From positions 1,888,001 through 1,952,000 of the forward strand of contig OY764216.1 of NCBI GenBank assembly GCA_963668315.1: a stretch of DNA of 64,000 nt, written 5' to 3'. The notes under the pieces were generated by a model that ran no database searches, was not told where the DNA came from, and saw only the letters and a list, made by a program, of their open reading frames with translations. Shown here piece by piece: positions 9,257 through 19,426 of the stretch (position 1 is its first letter; each line of letters opens with the position of its first letter). Made by a program: the position numbers and the translations under genes. Source of the stretch: Spirochaetia bacterium. GTDB lineage: Bacteria; Spirochaetota; Spirochaetia; DSM-2461.

Positions 9257-11338
9257 GTGAGAAAAAGAACGGAATACAGTATCTATCTTGTACTATCAGC
9301 TCTTCTCGTTTTTATCCAGCTTTTCATAGCACACTATTCCAACAGGCGGATAGACGAGGAAATAGCCTATCATGGGAAAGCTCTGTCCTCCTATGCCTGG
9401 GAACTGGATTATCAGGGTGTGAAGCAGTATATGTCTCTGGCTGTAAACAGTTACGCCTACGGGCGGGCCCGGTTTTTTGATATGAGCACCAACAGGATAC
9501 AGGGCGACGTTTCGGGGAAAAAACCGAACCGGATCGACTCTTTTCTCATGGAGCTGGGGGTTCTCCGCTCAACCGAGAAGGAGGTCGAGCTTTTTCACGG
9601 GGACGAACTCATAGGTATCCTCACCATAGAGAGTTACAATCGCTATGTTTACTGGCAGTTTTATCTTTTCCTTGTGTATATTCTCGTTTTTTTCATTACC
9701 TATCTGATCATGAATCTCGCCCGGGCGCGGCAGTTTCTCGAGGAACGGGTCAAGCTGAGGACGGCGGATCTTGAGGAGGAAGTCAACAGCCGGCTTAAGG
9801 CCGAAGAGAACCTCAGAATGACCCTTGACTCCATAGGGGAAGGTGTTATCTCCACCGACCGGGATGGCATTATTACCGGAATAAATCCCGTTGCCAGGCA
9901 GATGATAAACATCAGCCTCAAGGACGCGATAGGACGTCTGCTGGAAGACGTTCTTGATATCAGGAACGACGAGATGGGAAGTAAAAGAGAAAATCCCTTC
10001 CGGGATATTCTGGAGATGGGATCCCTCAACCATGTAAAGGGCCACTCCCGGACCCTGGTTTCCCGTTCCGGGGAGAAATATCTTATTGTCGAGTCGGGGA
10101 CGCCGATCCGGTCCCAGAAGGGTGAATTGATGGGTATCGTTCTCGTTATCCGTGATATGACCGGGGAATTTAAACTTCAGAAACAGCTTGAGCATAGTCA
10201 GCGCATGGATGCGGTCGGCCAGCTCGCCGGGGGAATCGCCCATGACTTCAACAATATGCTCGGGGGGATTCTGGGTTCCTCCGAATTGCTGGAGAGTTAT
10301 ATAGGGGATAACGATATGGCCGTGCAGATGAACCGTCTTATCCATGAGACGACGGAGAGGGCCGCTGAACTGACCCGCCAGCTGCTGGCCTTTTCCCGGA
10401 AGGGTGGGATTGAGCACACTCCCGTGGATCTTCACGACGTCATCGCCGCCACGGCCTCTTTGCTGGAGAGGACGATCGACCGGCGCATAGAAATCCATAT
10501 AGACCTGAAAGCAGAACATTCTGAAATTTTCGGCGATTCATCCATGATTCAGAACGTGATAATCAATCTGGGAATAAACGCCTCCCATGCCATCGCGGGC
10601 AGCGGGAACCTGTCCCTGAGTACGAGAAATACCTACTTTGACGAAGACTATTGCCGCTCGAGTCCCTTTGAAATTGAACCGGGCGCCTATTTGGAACTTG
10701 CCGTGGAGGACGACGGTTCCGGGATGTCCGAAGAGGTAAAGAACCATATTTTCGAACCTTTCTTCACCACCAAGACTCAGGGAAAAGGAACGGGCCTGGG
10801 ACTCGCCATGGTTTACGGTACGGTTAAGCAGCATCAGGGGGAGATCCGTGTTTACAGTGAAGTGGGTAAGGGGACTTCCTTCATTCTCTCCTTTCCCCTT
10901 TTGGAGATCAGCAGTCAGAAGAAGGTTACCGATGAGGTTACTCCTCCCCCCGGGACAGAAACGATTCTTGTCGTTGACGACATTGATATCATGCGTCTGA
11001 CGGCCAGGGGCTATCTGGAAGAGGCGGGATATACTGTTATCACCGCAGAAGACGGATACGAGGCCATTGATATCTTTTCCCGGGATCCCTCGGGAATTGA
11101 TCTTGTTATCGTGGATATGATTATGCCCCGTATGAGCGGGAAAGAGTGCTTTTTTGAGTTGCGGAAGATTTCTCCCTCCCTTCCTGTGATTCTTTCTTCC
11201 GGTTTTGTCAATAACGATGATTTCAGGATCATGAAACTCAAGGGATTAAGCGGCAGTATAAGCAAACCCTACCGGGGAAGGGAGCTGGTGAAACTGGTGT
11301 ATAACGTGCTGCACAGGGAGAATATCCCGCCTGTTTAG
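9257..11338 (+). CDS. Membrane PAS-domain hybrid sensor histidine kinase/receiver
   Basis: Two TM segments, PAS (SIGEGVISTD), H-box AHDFNNML, N box NLGINA, FTTK..GKGTGLGL, receiver ILVVDD..DMIMP..KP; start at GTG 9257 or ATG 9218 (TTG 9170 lies in the terminator). Confidence 0.9.
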   Translation: MRKRTEYSIYLVLSALLVFIQLFIAHYSNRRIDEEIAYHGKALSSYAWELDYQGVKQYMSLAVNSYAYGRARFFDMSTNRIQGDVSGKKPNRIDSFLMELGVLRSTEKEVELFHGDELIGILTIESYNRYVYWQFYLFLVYILVFFITYLIMNLARARQFLEERVKLRTADLEEEVNSRLKAEENLRMTLDSIGEGVISTDRDGIITGINPVARQMINISLKDAIGRLLEDVLDIRNDEMGSKRENPFRDILEMGSLNHVKGHSRTLVSRSGEKYLIVESGTPIRSQKGELMGIVLVIRDMTGEFKLQKQLEHSQRMDAVGQLAGGIAHDFNNMLGGILGSSELLESYIGDNDMAVQMNRLIHETTERAAELTRQLLAFSRKGGIEHTPVDLHDVIAATASLLERTIDRRIEIHIDLKAEHSEIFGDSSMIQNVIINLGINASHAIAGSGNLSLSTRNTYFDEDYCRSSPFEIEPGAYLELAVEDDGSGMSEEVKNHIFEPFFTTKTQGKGTGLGLAMVYGTVKQHQGEIRVYSEVGKGTSFILSFPLLEISSQKKVTDEVTPPPGTETILVVDDIDIMRLTARGYLEEAGYTVITAEDGYEAIDIFSRDPSGIDLVIVDMIMPRMSGKECFFELRKISPSLPVILSSGFVNNDDFRIMKLKGLSGSISKPYRGRELVKLVYNVLHRENIPPV

Positions 11339-12555
11339 GAACCGTTCCGCATCTCGGAACTAAGTTTTTCGAACAGCTCTTTGTTTTCAAGAAAAATATC
11401 CACGATAAACGGATCAAAGTGTCTGCCCCTTTCGCGGGAGATGATGCCGATCGCCTCCTCGGTAGAATAGGCCTCTTTGTAGGGCCTTTTATGGGTCAGG
11501 GCATCATAGACGTCGGTCAGGGCGACTATCCTGGCCGAAAGGGGAATCTTCTCCCCCGCCAGGCCTTCGGGGTAGCCGCTGCCGTCCCATCTCTCGTGGT
11601 GATGGGTGGCAATTTCCTTTCCCAGTTTATAGAGGGAACGGCCCTGGATGTTTTTCTCTATCTCGCCGATAACGTCGGAGCCGTAAAGGGGATGCTTCTT
11701 TATTTCATGGAATTCCTCTTCCGTCAGAGAATCGGGCTTAAGGAGAATGTCATCCTGAATCCCCACCTTTCCTATATCATGCAGAATGGCTGACATGGAT
11801 ATGTCCCATACATAGTCATCGGTAATGTAATCGCTGTATTTTTCTGTGGATTTTAGAAGTTCGGCCAGATTCATGGTAAAGGATCGTATCCTTTGAAGAT
11901 GCTCTCCCGTATCGGTGTCCCGGTATTCCGCCAGTTTGGCAAGGCCTATGATGGTTGCCCGCCTTGTTTCATCCGATTGGGTGAGAATCTTCTTATTCAC
12001 CCGTATATAGGTGATGTTGGTTATAACTATGACGATGTTCAGCAGAATGAAGTTTACCGTTCTGGCCATCCATATCTTCTCCGAGTATACGACTTCATAG
12101 TCGGCGAGGAGATTGAGTTTGTAGAGAAGAATGAACGCCAAATGGCTCAGAATATTAATGATCAGGGTGGTAACGGAGGCTTTTTCTCCCAGGGTAAGAC
12201 CGCCAATCAGGGAGAAGGCCAGGAGCCAAAGGTTACCCGCTCCCACCGGACCCAGGGCGTAAATTAGGATTATTCCCAGAACATAGAAGAGGGCCGTGCT
12301 CCCCACCGCCTTGACTTTCAGGGGGATTCTCCTGCAGAAGGTGAAAATCAGGATGACAACATAGGCTGCCGTATCCAGGATAATGATATCGTGCAAACCA
12401 TCGATATAAGCCAGGTAGACCGAGGGGAAGTAGGCTATGGAGCCGAAAATTGTGAAGGAGAGGAATATGGAACGGCAGACTTTTTCAAGCCAGGTATTAA
12501 TTCTGTTGTGGGGAGCAAGTTCCGATGCGAATAGATGTTCTTTTCTTCTTGTCAA
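11335..12555 (-). CDS. Membrane-bound HD-GYP phosphodiesterase (cyclic dinucleotide)
   Basis: Multi-TM N-terminus; LHDIGK, HHERWDGSGYP, DVYDAL..KRPYK. Confidence 0.9.
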   Translation of the reverse strand: MTRRKEHLFASELAPHNRINTWLEKVCRSIFLSFTIFGSIAYFPSVYLAYIDGLHDIIILDTAAYVVILIFTFCRRIPLKVKAVGSTALFYVLGIILIYALGPVGAGNLWLLAFSLIGGLTLGEKASVTTLIINILSHLAFILLYKLNLLADYEVVYSEKIWMARTVNFILLNIVIVITNITYIRVNKKILTQSDETRRATIIGLAKLAEYRDTDTGEHLQRIRSFTMNLAELLKSTEKYSDYITDDYVWDISMSAILHDIGKVGIQDDILLKPDSLTEEEFHEIKKHPLYGSDVIGEIEKNIQGRSLYKLGKEIATHHHERWDGSGYPEGLAGEKIPLSARIVALTDVYDALTHKRPYKEAYSTEEAIGIISRERGRHFDPFIVDIFLENKELFEKLSSEMRNGS

Positions 12556-12659
12556 AATGTAACCTTTTCTCTATCTGAAATACTAGTTCATCCGCGGCCT
12601 CAATACAAGAAAAATAACAGATAGGAAAAGGATGGCCCCCGGGGAGGGGACCAGGGGAA

Positions 12660-13349
12660 TCATCCTTTCCAGAGGTTCAGTACTTCCAGGCGGGCTCCTT
12701 TGGGATTGTCGGAGTGTTCTCCCTCTCCGCAGCTGTACTCGGTGAGTTTTCCGCAGGGCCCGTCAGGACAGCAACCGCAATGGGCGATTCCCCGTTTCCC
12801 CGCGCAGGTCCCCACGGGGCAGCTCCCCCAGAAAGGGTTGCCCCCGCTGTTTAGGCATCCGGGGCAATTGAACTTCTCTCTGAACGAGCAGCGGGAGCAG
12901 TATAGTCCGCAAAATGAATCGACCGTGAAAATGTCTTCCCGGTTCAGATGGAACGGCTCACCCTCCAGCCACAGTGAGATCCGTTCCGTGGTGAACCGGA
13001 AAAGAGTGAACTCCTCTCCTTCCGGACCGCCGGGAAAATGCCTCTCAAACCAGTCCAGCCAGCGGGCCCGCTTGATCACCTTATCGGTAATCTCCTCAGT
13101 TATCCCGGAAAAGGTCACGTTATGCCGGTCGTGGGGGAACGTCAGGCCGGTTCTGCCGTTTGCTGCGATCCTCCTGTGCAGGTTGCCTCCCCGGTCGCTG
13201 GAAAAATACACCTCCCCGATTGTCGTCGGGTGGATAAGCGACCTCTGGGAGACATGGGGATAACCCTCTTCGTCAAGAACGGCCACAGCGGCTTCGCTGG
13301 TCTTATTGATAATATCGCCGACCCTTTTCAGGGCGTTATGAAGTTCCAT
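12660..13349 (-). CDS. Pyridoxamine-5'-phosphate oxidase-like (flavin-binding split barrel) fused to Cys-rich DUF3795-like domain
   Basis: LDEEGYPH..., W..WFERHFPGGP; C-terminal CGLYC..C...CPGC...C...C...HCG.C...PC. Confidence 0.75.
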   Translation of the reverse strand: MELHNALKRVGDIINKTSEAAVAVLDEEGYPHVSQRSLIHPTTIGEVYFSSDRGGNLHRRIAANGRTGLTFPHDRHNVTFSGITEEITDKVIKRARWLDWFERHFPGGPEGEEFTLFRFTTERISLWLEGEPFHLNREDIFTVDSFCGLYCSRCSFREKFNCPGCLNSGGNPFWGSCPVGTCAGKRGIAHCGCCPDGPCGKLTEYSCGEGEHSDNPKGARLEVLNLWKG

Positions 13350-13377
13350 GGAATCTCCTTAATGCAAATCTGGATAC

Positions 13378-13415
13378 AGAATAGCCCTCGTAACATGACA
13401 ACGGAATGTCATGTT
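13378..13415 (-). promoter_or_regulatory. Palindromic operator (AACATGACA-N6-TGTCATGTT) with adjacent -10 box TATTCT
   Basis: Perfect 9-bp inverted repeat at 13392-13400/13407-13415 overlapping the WYL gene stop; TATTCT at 13383-13378 on minus strand. Confidence 0.7.
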
Positions 13416-14200
13416 TCAGGAGAAAAATACATTTTTTCCAGGGATTTAAGGGAGCTCTTCACTTCTTCCCTCAATTCGGCCGGTTCCAGGACTTCCGCCT
13501 CTTCGCCGAATCCCATTACCCATCTTTTCATGTAGGAGTAGTTTGCGAAGGCTTTTTCAAAATAGATTTTATCCCCCATGGTTTTCTCCAGGGCGGAGGG
13601 GCCGTACTCTTCGACCAGATACCCTGCGGCGGAATTTTTGAAAAGGGCCTTAAGGAGATAATTGTCGGAAAATATTCCTACCGCCTTCCCTTCGGGAGGG
13701 CAGGGGGGAGGAGGGGGAGCATCCCCGTCCAGAGTTTCCGGATTCCACAGCCGGTTCAGTTTATAGAGGCGGTAGGCCTGCCTTTCCCGGCAGAAACCCC
13801 TCATATACCATGTCCCCCAGCGGAAGATAATGCGCAGGGGGTGTACCCTCTTCTCCGAGATTCCCCTGTCGGAATAGTAGGTAAACCGTATGTCTCTTTT
13901 TTTCCGGCACGCTTCCTGTATGAGGGCAATTTTCGGTTTCTGGCTGTCCCCGTAGAAGGAGTGGAGATCCATCTCGTCAGCCGGAAAGAGGCCCCTCTCC
14001 AGTACGTAGCCCTCGGGGAGGGAGATGCCGCCCCCCTGTCCCCGGGTCGTAATCAGGGGAACGCCGGCCATGCAGAGCGCTTCCATATCCCGGTTGACCG
14101 TTCGGCGGGAAACCTCGAGATGTTCGGCCAGCTCAGGAGCGGTGGCCTTTCCATGGCGGCACAGATAAATAAGCACGGCGAGCTGTCTTTCCCTCTTCAT
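13409..14200 (-). CDS. YafY-type HTH-WYL transcriptional regulator
   Basis: ELAEHLEVSRRTVNRD..AL..AGVP....G.GGG; WYL-like WYMRGFC..RQAYRLYKLNR; WCX-type FG..AEVLEP.ELRE; start set at MKRERQ. Confidence 0.92.
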   Translation of the reverse strand: MKRERQLAVLIYLCRHGKATAPELAEHLEVSRRTVNRDMEALCMAGVPLITTRGQGGGISLPEGYVLERGLFPADEMDLHSFYGDSQKPKIALIQEACRKKRDIRFTYYSDRGISEKRVHPLRIIFRWGTWYMRGFCRERQAYRLYKLNRLWNPETLDGDAPPPPPCPPEGKAVGIFSDNYLLKALFKNSAAGYLVEEYGPSALEKTMGDKIYFEKAFANYSYMKRWVMGFGEEAEVLEPAELREEVKSSLKSLEKMYFSPET

Positions 14201-14356
14201 GAACCTGATCATAGAATCATATTCATCTGTGATCAAGTCTTTCTATTTCTATGTAGAAACTACGGAAAAGTAGGAATCTTCGAATAAACTCACCCCCATG
14301 TGGGATCATTACGAAAAAAATAGTATATATAGGGATTTTCGACATGATTTCTGATA

Positions 14357-14372
14357 TGGCACGTTATTTGCA
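14357..14372 (+). promoter_or_regulatory. Sigma54 (-24/-12) promoter of amino-acid ABC operon
   Basis: TGGCACGTTATTTGCA matches TGGCACG-N4-TTGC. Confidence 0.85.
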
Positions 14373-14410
14373 ATTATAAATTGCAAATTAAAATATTTTT
14401 GGAGAGAAAT

Positions 14411-15499
14411 ATGTCAACAAAAACAAAATGTAAACTTTCGGCGGCCGCTGTACTGCTGGCCCTGCTGACCACGTTTACCATGTCCTGCGGATCCAGCGAA
14501 ACCGCTGCCGCTCCCGAAGCTTCCGCCCCTGCTGCGGTAGAGACAAAATCCACCCTTGATCTCGTGAAAGAAAGGGGTAAGCTTGTCCTTGGTGTTACCG
14601 CCGGTGTTCCCGGTTATTCCGCTCCCGATTCAGAAGGCGTATGGCAGGGTTTTGATGTAGATCTGGGCCGGGCCGTTGCCGCCGCCGTTCTGGGCGATCC
14701 CGATGCCGTTGAGTGCCGTCCCCTCAGTGCCAAGGAGAGATTTACCGCGCTGCAGTCCGGCGAAATTGATCTTCTCTGCCGCGTTACCACCTGGACCGCT
14801 ACCAGAGACGGTGACCTGGGTGTAAACTTCGCCGGTGTCAACTACTACGACGGTCAGGGTTTCATGGTTGCCAAAGATTCGGGCATCAAAACTCTCGCCG
14901 ATCTCGACGGCGCTACCATTGCCGTACAGTCCGGTACCACCACCGAGCTCAACCTGTCCGACTATTTCAGAAAGAACGGCATGGAGCTGGAACTGATTAC
15001 CTTTGAAAAGAACGACCAGGCCGCCGCCGCTCTCGAAGCGGGACGTGCCGATGCGGTTACTTCCGACTCTTCCCAGCTTTACGCTCTCAGAACCAAGTTC
15101 CAGAATCCCGAAAACTTTGACCTGGTTCCCGAGCTGATCTCCAAAGAGCCCCTCGGACCCGTTGTCAGAGAGGGTGACGATCAGTGGCTCGATATCGTAA
15201 CCTGGTCTTTCATGACCATGCTCAACGCCGAAGAGTACGGTGTTACTTCCGCCAACGTTGATGATATGAAAGCTTCCAGCGACAATCCCAACGTAAAGAG
15301 AATGCTCGGTGTTGAAGGCGATGTCTGGGACAAGTTCGGTCTTTCCGACGATGCGGGCTACAACATTGTCAAGATGGTCGGAAACTACGGCGAAAGCTTC
15401 GATAGAAACCTGGGAGCCGGTTCTCCTCTTAATATCTCCCGCGGCTACAATGCACTCTGGACCGATGGCGGTCTCCAGTACGGTATGCCCATCCGATAG
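14411..15499 (+). CDS. aapJ: General L-amino-acid ABC transporter substrate-binding lipoprotein (AapJ/BztA type)
   Basis: Lipobox-like TMSC; GFDVD..RAVAAAV, RFTALQSGEID, YYDGQGFMV, ISKEPLGPVVR, N.LW..GGL.Y..PIR. Confidence 0.9.
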   Translation: MSTKTKCKLSAAAVLLALLTTFTMSCGSSETAAAPEASAPAAVETKSTLDLVKERGKLVLGVTAGVPGYSAPDSEGVWQGFDVDLGRAVAAAVLGDPDAVECRPLSAKERFTALQSGEIDLLCRVTTWTATRDGDLGVNFAGVNYYDGQGFMVAKDSGIKTLADLDGATIAVQSGTTTELNLSDYFRKNGMELELITFEKNDQAAAALEAGRADAVTSDSSQLYALRTKFQNPENFDLVPELISKEPLGPVVREGDDQWLDIVTWSFMTMLNAEEYGVTSANVDDMKASSDNPNVKRMLGVEGDVWDKFGLSDDAGYNIVKMVGNYGESFDRNLGAGSPLNISRGYNALWTDGGLQYGMPIR

Positions 15500-15514
15500 G
15501 GAGGTATGAATTAC

Positions 15515-15538
15515 GGGACGGCCCGCAGCGACCGTCCC
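15515..15538 (+). other. Intercistronic hairpin after aapJ (mRNA stabiliser or attenuator)
   Basis: GGGACGG-N10-CCGTCCC without U-tract. Confidence 0.55.
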
Positions 15539-15566
15539 TCTAGCACCAGCAACAGGTTGAATAACA

Positions 15567-16736
15567 ATGAACAGAACTAAAGTAAAAAATCTGACAATCC
15601 AAACGGTCCTTATCGCTGTTCTCCTTGGGATCTTTGTTATTTTCGGTTTTAACTACATAAGAAATATTAATCAGAGAAATATTGGTATCGGTTTCGATTT
15701 TTTAAACGATACGGCCGGTTTTTCCATCAGCCAGACCCTGATTTCCTATACGGAAGCGGATACTTTCGGAAGAACATTCGTCATTGGACTACTGAATACT
15801 TTACTTGCCTCTATCATCAGTATCCTCCTGGCCACACTCCTGGGGTTTGTCATCGGACTTATGCGAATGTCCAATAACAAGCTTATCAGCAGAACGGCCC
15901 TTGTCTACGTGGAGGCCCTGAGAAACATTCCGCCCCTTCTTCATGTGCTTTTCTGGTATCAGGTCGTGTTCCTGAATGTACTGCCCCCTTTCAAGGAGTC
16001 CTTCAAAGTGGGGGAATGGCTTTACGTTAACGTAAGAGGCATTACCATGCCCTCCTTTACCCCCCAGGAAGGTTCCATTACCTTTCATATTCTCATCTTC
16101 ATCTGTCTCGCAGCGATCATCTATCTGGGAGTCATGAAGAAGCAGATGGTGCTTCGGGGCGTCCACAAGACCATATGGCCCTGGCAGATCCTCCTTGTCC
16201 TTATCCCGGTCGTCTATGCCTGGATCGTGAAACCCTACTACATGACGCTGCCCCAGATCACCAAGTTTAAATTTTCAAGCGGCATGACCATCAGGCCGGA
16301 GCTTTTCTCCGTCGTAGTCGCCATGGGGACCTATACATCCACCTATATTTCGGAAATCGTGCGCAGTTCCATACTCGCCGTACCGAAGGGCCAGCTGGAA
16401 GCGGGAAAAAGCCTGGGCTTCTCCCCCTACAGAAGGCTGCAGCTGATTATCATTCCCCAGGCCATGAGGACGATGATTCCTCCCGTGACGAATCAGTATT
16501 TGAATATTATCAAGAATACCTCTCTGGGAATGGCCGTGGCCTATCCCGACCTGACTTCCGTTTTCGCCGGAACCACCCTGAATCAGACGGGCCGCGCCCT
16601 GGAAGTCATGTCTCTGGTTATGGTCACCTATCTTTCCATCAGCCTGGTAACCTCCCTTCTCATGAACTGGTACAACCGTTCCATTATCGACAGGAAGGGG
16701 GACATGATCAAAAAGGAGGATATTCCCGTTGAGTAA
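15567..16736 (+). CDS. aapQ: Amino-acid ABC transporter permease (AapQ type)
   Basis: GF.FL...AGF.I, GLLNTL, RNIPPL, EIVRS...VPKGQ.EA..SLG, KNTSL. Confidence 0.88.
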   Translation: MNRTKVKNLTIQTVLIAVLLGIFVIFGFNYIRNINQRNIGIGFDFLNDTAGFSISQTLISYTEADTFGRTFVIGLLNTLLASIISILLATLLGFVIGLMRMSNNKLISRTALVYVEALRNIPPLLHVLFWYQVVFLNVLPPFKESFKVGEWLYVNVRGITMPSFTPQEGSITFHILIFICLAAIIYLGVMKKQMVLRGVHKTIWPWQILLVLIPVVYAWIVKPYYMTLPQITKFKFSSGMTIRPELFSVVVAMGTYTSTYISEIVRSSILAVPKGQLEAGKSLGFSPYRRLQLIIIPQAMRTMIPPVTNQYLNIIKNTSLGMAVAYPDLTSVFAGTTLNQTGRALEVMSLVMVTYLSISLVTSLLMNWYNRSIIDRKGDMIKKEDIPVE

Positions 16737-17802
16737 CAAAGTTAAAGATAAAATAATCTCAATCAGAAAGGATTATTTCAATACACCGGTCAATGCCGTT
16801 CTCTCGCTCCTCATGCTCTATGTGCTGGTCCGATTTGCCGTCTGGTTCGTTAACTGGGCCTTCATCAACGCCGTCTGGACCGGAGAGACCCGGGATGTGG
16901 CACAGCCGGGGGGCGCCACCTGGGCCTTCATTATCGCCAAGATCCGTTTCTTCCTCTTCGGTTTCTACCCTAAGAAGCATATCTGGCGGATCGTCCTGAC
17001 CTTTGTGCTAATGGGAGCGTCGTTCATTCCCTATTTCCTCAAATCCGTCAAGCATAAGATCCTTGTGTTTGCCGCCCATATGATTCTCTGGCCCCTGCTG
17101 ATCTGGTTTTTCCTATCCGGAGGCGTGGGGCTGGAAAAGATTTCCACCAACGACTGGGGGGGGCTGACCCTTACCTTCATACTTTCCTCCCTGGGACTGC
17201 TTTATTCCTTTCCCATCGGAATACTGCTGGCTTTGGGGCGGAGAAGCGAACTGCCCGTGATCCGCATCCTGAGTACAATCTATATCGAGTGTTTCCGGGG
17301 AATCCCCCTCATCACGATTCTGTTCATGGCTTCCGTGGTTGTTCCCTTTTTCCTGCCGCCCCAGGTCGCGGTGGACAAGATCATCCGGGTCGTTATCGGC
17401 ATGACCTTTTTCCAGTCCGCCTATCTGGCCGAAGTCATCAGGGGAGGGCTTCAGGCCATACCCAAGGGGCAGTATGAAGCGGCCGACGCCCTGGGTTTCA
17501 AATTCGGTCTCCAGCAGTATCTGGTTATTATGCCCCAGGTACTCAAGGTCACCATATCCAATATCGGAGGGATTTCCATCTCCTTTATCAAGGATACCAC
17601 TCTGGTACTGATCATCGGTATGTTCGATCTTCTGGGAATCGTCAGCCCTCTGGCCAGCGACAGCAACTGGCTGGGAATGGAGCCGGAGGGACTTATCTTC
17701 GCCGGGCTTGTCTACTGGGTGATCTGTTTCGCCATTTCCCGGCTGACCTATAAAATCGAGGCGCGGGCCAACACCTTGCCCGCCGTAGGAGTAAAAGCAT
17801 GA
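16729..17802 (+). CDS. aapM: Amino-acid ABC transporter permease (AapM type)
   Basis: [48 protein letters not shown]. Confidence 0.88.
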   Translation: MSNKVKDKIISIRKDYFNTPVNAVLSLLMLYVLVRFAVWFVNWAFINAVWTGETRDVAQPGGATWAFIIAKIRFFLFGFYPKKHIWRIVLTFVLMGASFIPYFLKSVKHKILVFAAHMILWPLLIWFFLSGGVGLEKISTNDWGGLTLTFILSSLGLLYSFPIGILLALGRRSELPVIRILSTIYIECFRGIPLITILFMASVVVPFFLPPQVAVDKIIRVVIGMTFFQSAYLAEVIRGGLQAIPKGQYEAADALGFKFGLQQYLVIMPQVLKVTISNIGGISISFIKDTTLVLIIGMFDLLGIVSPLASDSNWLGMEPEGLIFAGLVYWVICFAISRLTYKIEARANTLPAVGVKA

Positions 17803-18590
17803 CAGCAGTAAAAGAAAAAACAAACGATCCTGCAGAGACCGCAAAGCAGGATGAATATATCATCGGTATCAAGGATCTGAACAAGTGGTACGATGAGTTT
17901 CATGTTCTCACCGATGTGAATCTCACCGTTGCCGCCGGAGAGAAAATCGTTATCTGCGGTCCCTCCGGTTCGGGGAAATCCACCCTGATACGCTGTATCA
18001 ACCGGCTGGAAAAACACCAAAAGGGAACCATCAATGTCATGGGCCACGAATTGACCGACGACACGAAGGATGTCTCACTGATCCGGCAGGAAGTGGGAAT
18101 GGTCTTCCAGAGTTTCAACCTTTTTCCCCATCTGACCATTCTTCAGAATCTGACCCTGGCTCCTATCTGGATCAGGAAAATGTCCCAGCGGGAAGCGGAG
18201 AAAATCGCCTGGAAATACCTCAAGAGGGTTAATATCGCCGAGCATGCCCTGAAGTTTCCCAGCCAGCTTTCCGGAGGTCAGCAGCAGAGGGCGGCCATTG
18301 CCAGAAGTCTCTGCATGCAGCCCAAGATCATGCTGTTCGACGAACCCACCAGCGCCCTCGACCCGGAAATGGTAAACGAGGTACTGGACGTTATGGTCAA
18401 GCTGGCCGAGGAGGGAATGACCATGCTCTGCGTTACCCATGAAATGGGCTTTGCCCGCCGCGTGGCCGATCATGTCATCTTCATGGACGAGGGGCGGATC
18501 GTGGAGAGGCAGGTTCCCGAGAAATTCTTCACCGAACCGGAGAACGAGAGAACCCGCCAGTTCCTCAAGCAGATTCACGCCATCTCCTAG
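17799..18590 (+). CDS. aapP: Amino-acid ABC transporter ATP-binding protein (AapP/GlnQ type)
   Basis: [29 protein letters not shown]. Confidence 0.92.
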   Translation: MTAVKEKTNDPAETAKQDEYIIGIKDLNKWYDEFHVLTDVNLTVAAGEKIVICGPSGSGKSTLIRCINRLEKHQKGTINVMGHELTDDTKDVSLIRQEVGMVFQSFNLFPHLTILQNLTLAPIWIRKMSQREAEKIAWKYLKRVNIAEHALKFPSQLSGGQQQRAAIARSLCMQPKIMLFDEPTSALDPEMVNEVLDVMVKLAEEGMTMLCVTHEMGFARRVADHVIFMDEGRIVERQVPEKFFTEPENERTRQFLKQIHAIS

Positions 18591-18605
18591 GGAAGGCTTT
18601 ACCCC

Positions 18606-19223
18606 GTGACGCTTGCATCCGCCGCCGGTTTTTCCCTGGCCATGACCGTTCTGGCCGCGTCTCCCGGCCCGGGGGTATTCGGTGTAATCAGCCGTTCCCT
18701 GTCATCGGGGGTAAAAAAGACCCTTTTCATGATCGCCGGTATCGTCACCGGCGATCTTGTCTACCTGATTTTTGCCATTTTCGGTCTGACCTACGCGGCT
18801 CAGAATATGGGACGCCTTTTTCAGGTAATTCGTATTCTGGGCGGTCTCTATCTGGTCTGGATAGGTCTCAGAACCTTTTTCGCTCCCCTTTCCGAAGGGG
18901 AGAACCGCGGAGGTTCGGACGGGACAAAAACCCTCTCCCTTTACTCAAGCGGACTCCTCATAACCCTGTCCAATCCCAAAGTCATTCTTTTTTACTGCGG
19001 TTTCCTTCCCGCCTTCGTCGATCTGGGAGAGCTGACGCTGAGGGAAGGGGGAATCATAGTCATGCTCGTCATGGTCATCTTGAGCACCGTTATGTTCGTT
19101 TATGCCAGACTGGCGGCCCTTCTTGGGAATGTCTTGCGTACGCCCGGGGGGCAGAGACACCTGAACAGAACCGCCGGGGGAGTAATGACCGCAGCGGGAA
19201 CCCTGATGATTATCAAAGGCTGA
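18606..19223 (+). CDS. LysE/RhtB family translocator
   Basis: SPGPG, G...GD, G.LYLVWIG, LSNPK..LF. Confidence 0.9.
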   Translation: MTLASAAGFSLAMTVLAASPGPGVFGVISRSLSSGVKKTLFMIAGIVTGDLVYLIFAIFGLTYAAQNMGRLFQVIRILGGLYLVWIGLRTFFAPLSEGENRGGSDGTKTLSLYSSGLLITLSNPKVILFYCGFLPAFVDLGELTLREGGIIVMLVMVILSTVMFVYARLAALLGNVLRTPGGQRHLNRTAGGVMTAAGTLMIIKG

Positions 19224-19385
19224 CGGGATAACATAAAAGTAAAAAAGATCTCCCTACATACGAAGATGTAAGATAGTACCTCGTTGAAGACTGTTTTATA
19301 CATAACGGTATAAATGGCGTTATTCAATACACTGTATGTAAATAAATAGGATTTAATCGGGTGTGTATTAATGTTTTATACGTAA

Positions 19386-19401
19386 TGGTATAAAAATTGC
19401 T
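19386..19401 (+). promoter_or_regulatory. Sigma54 (-24/-12) promoter of amtB-glnK
   Basis: TGGTATAAAAATTGCT: GG-N10-GC, 25 nt upstream of the ATG with AGGAGG RBS. Confidence 0.7.
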
Positions 19402-19426
19402 AGTAGAATAGCAGGAGGATTACTGA

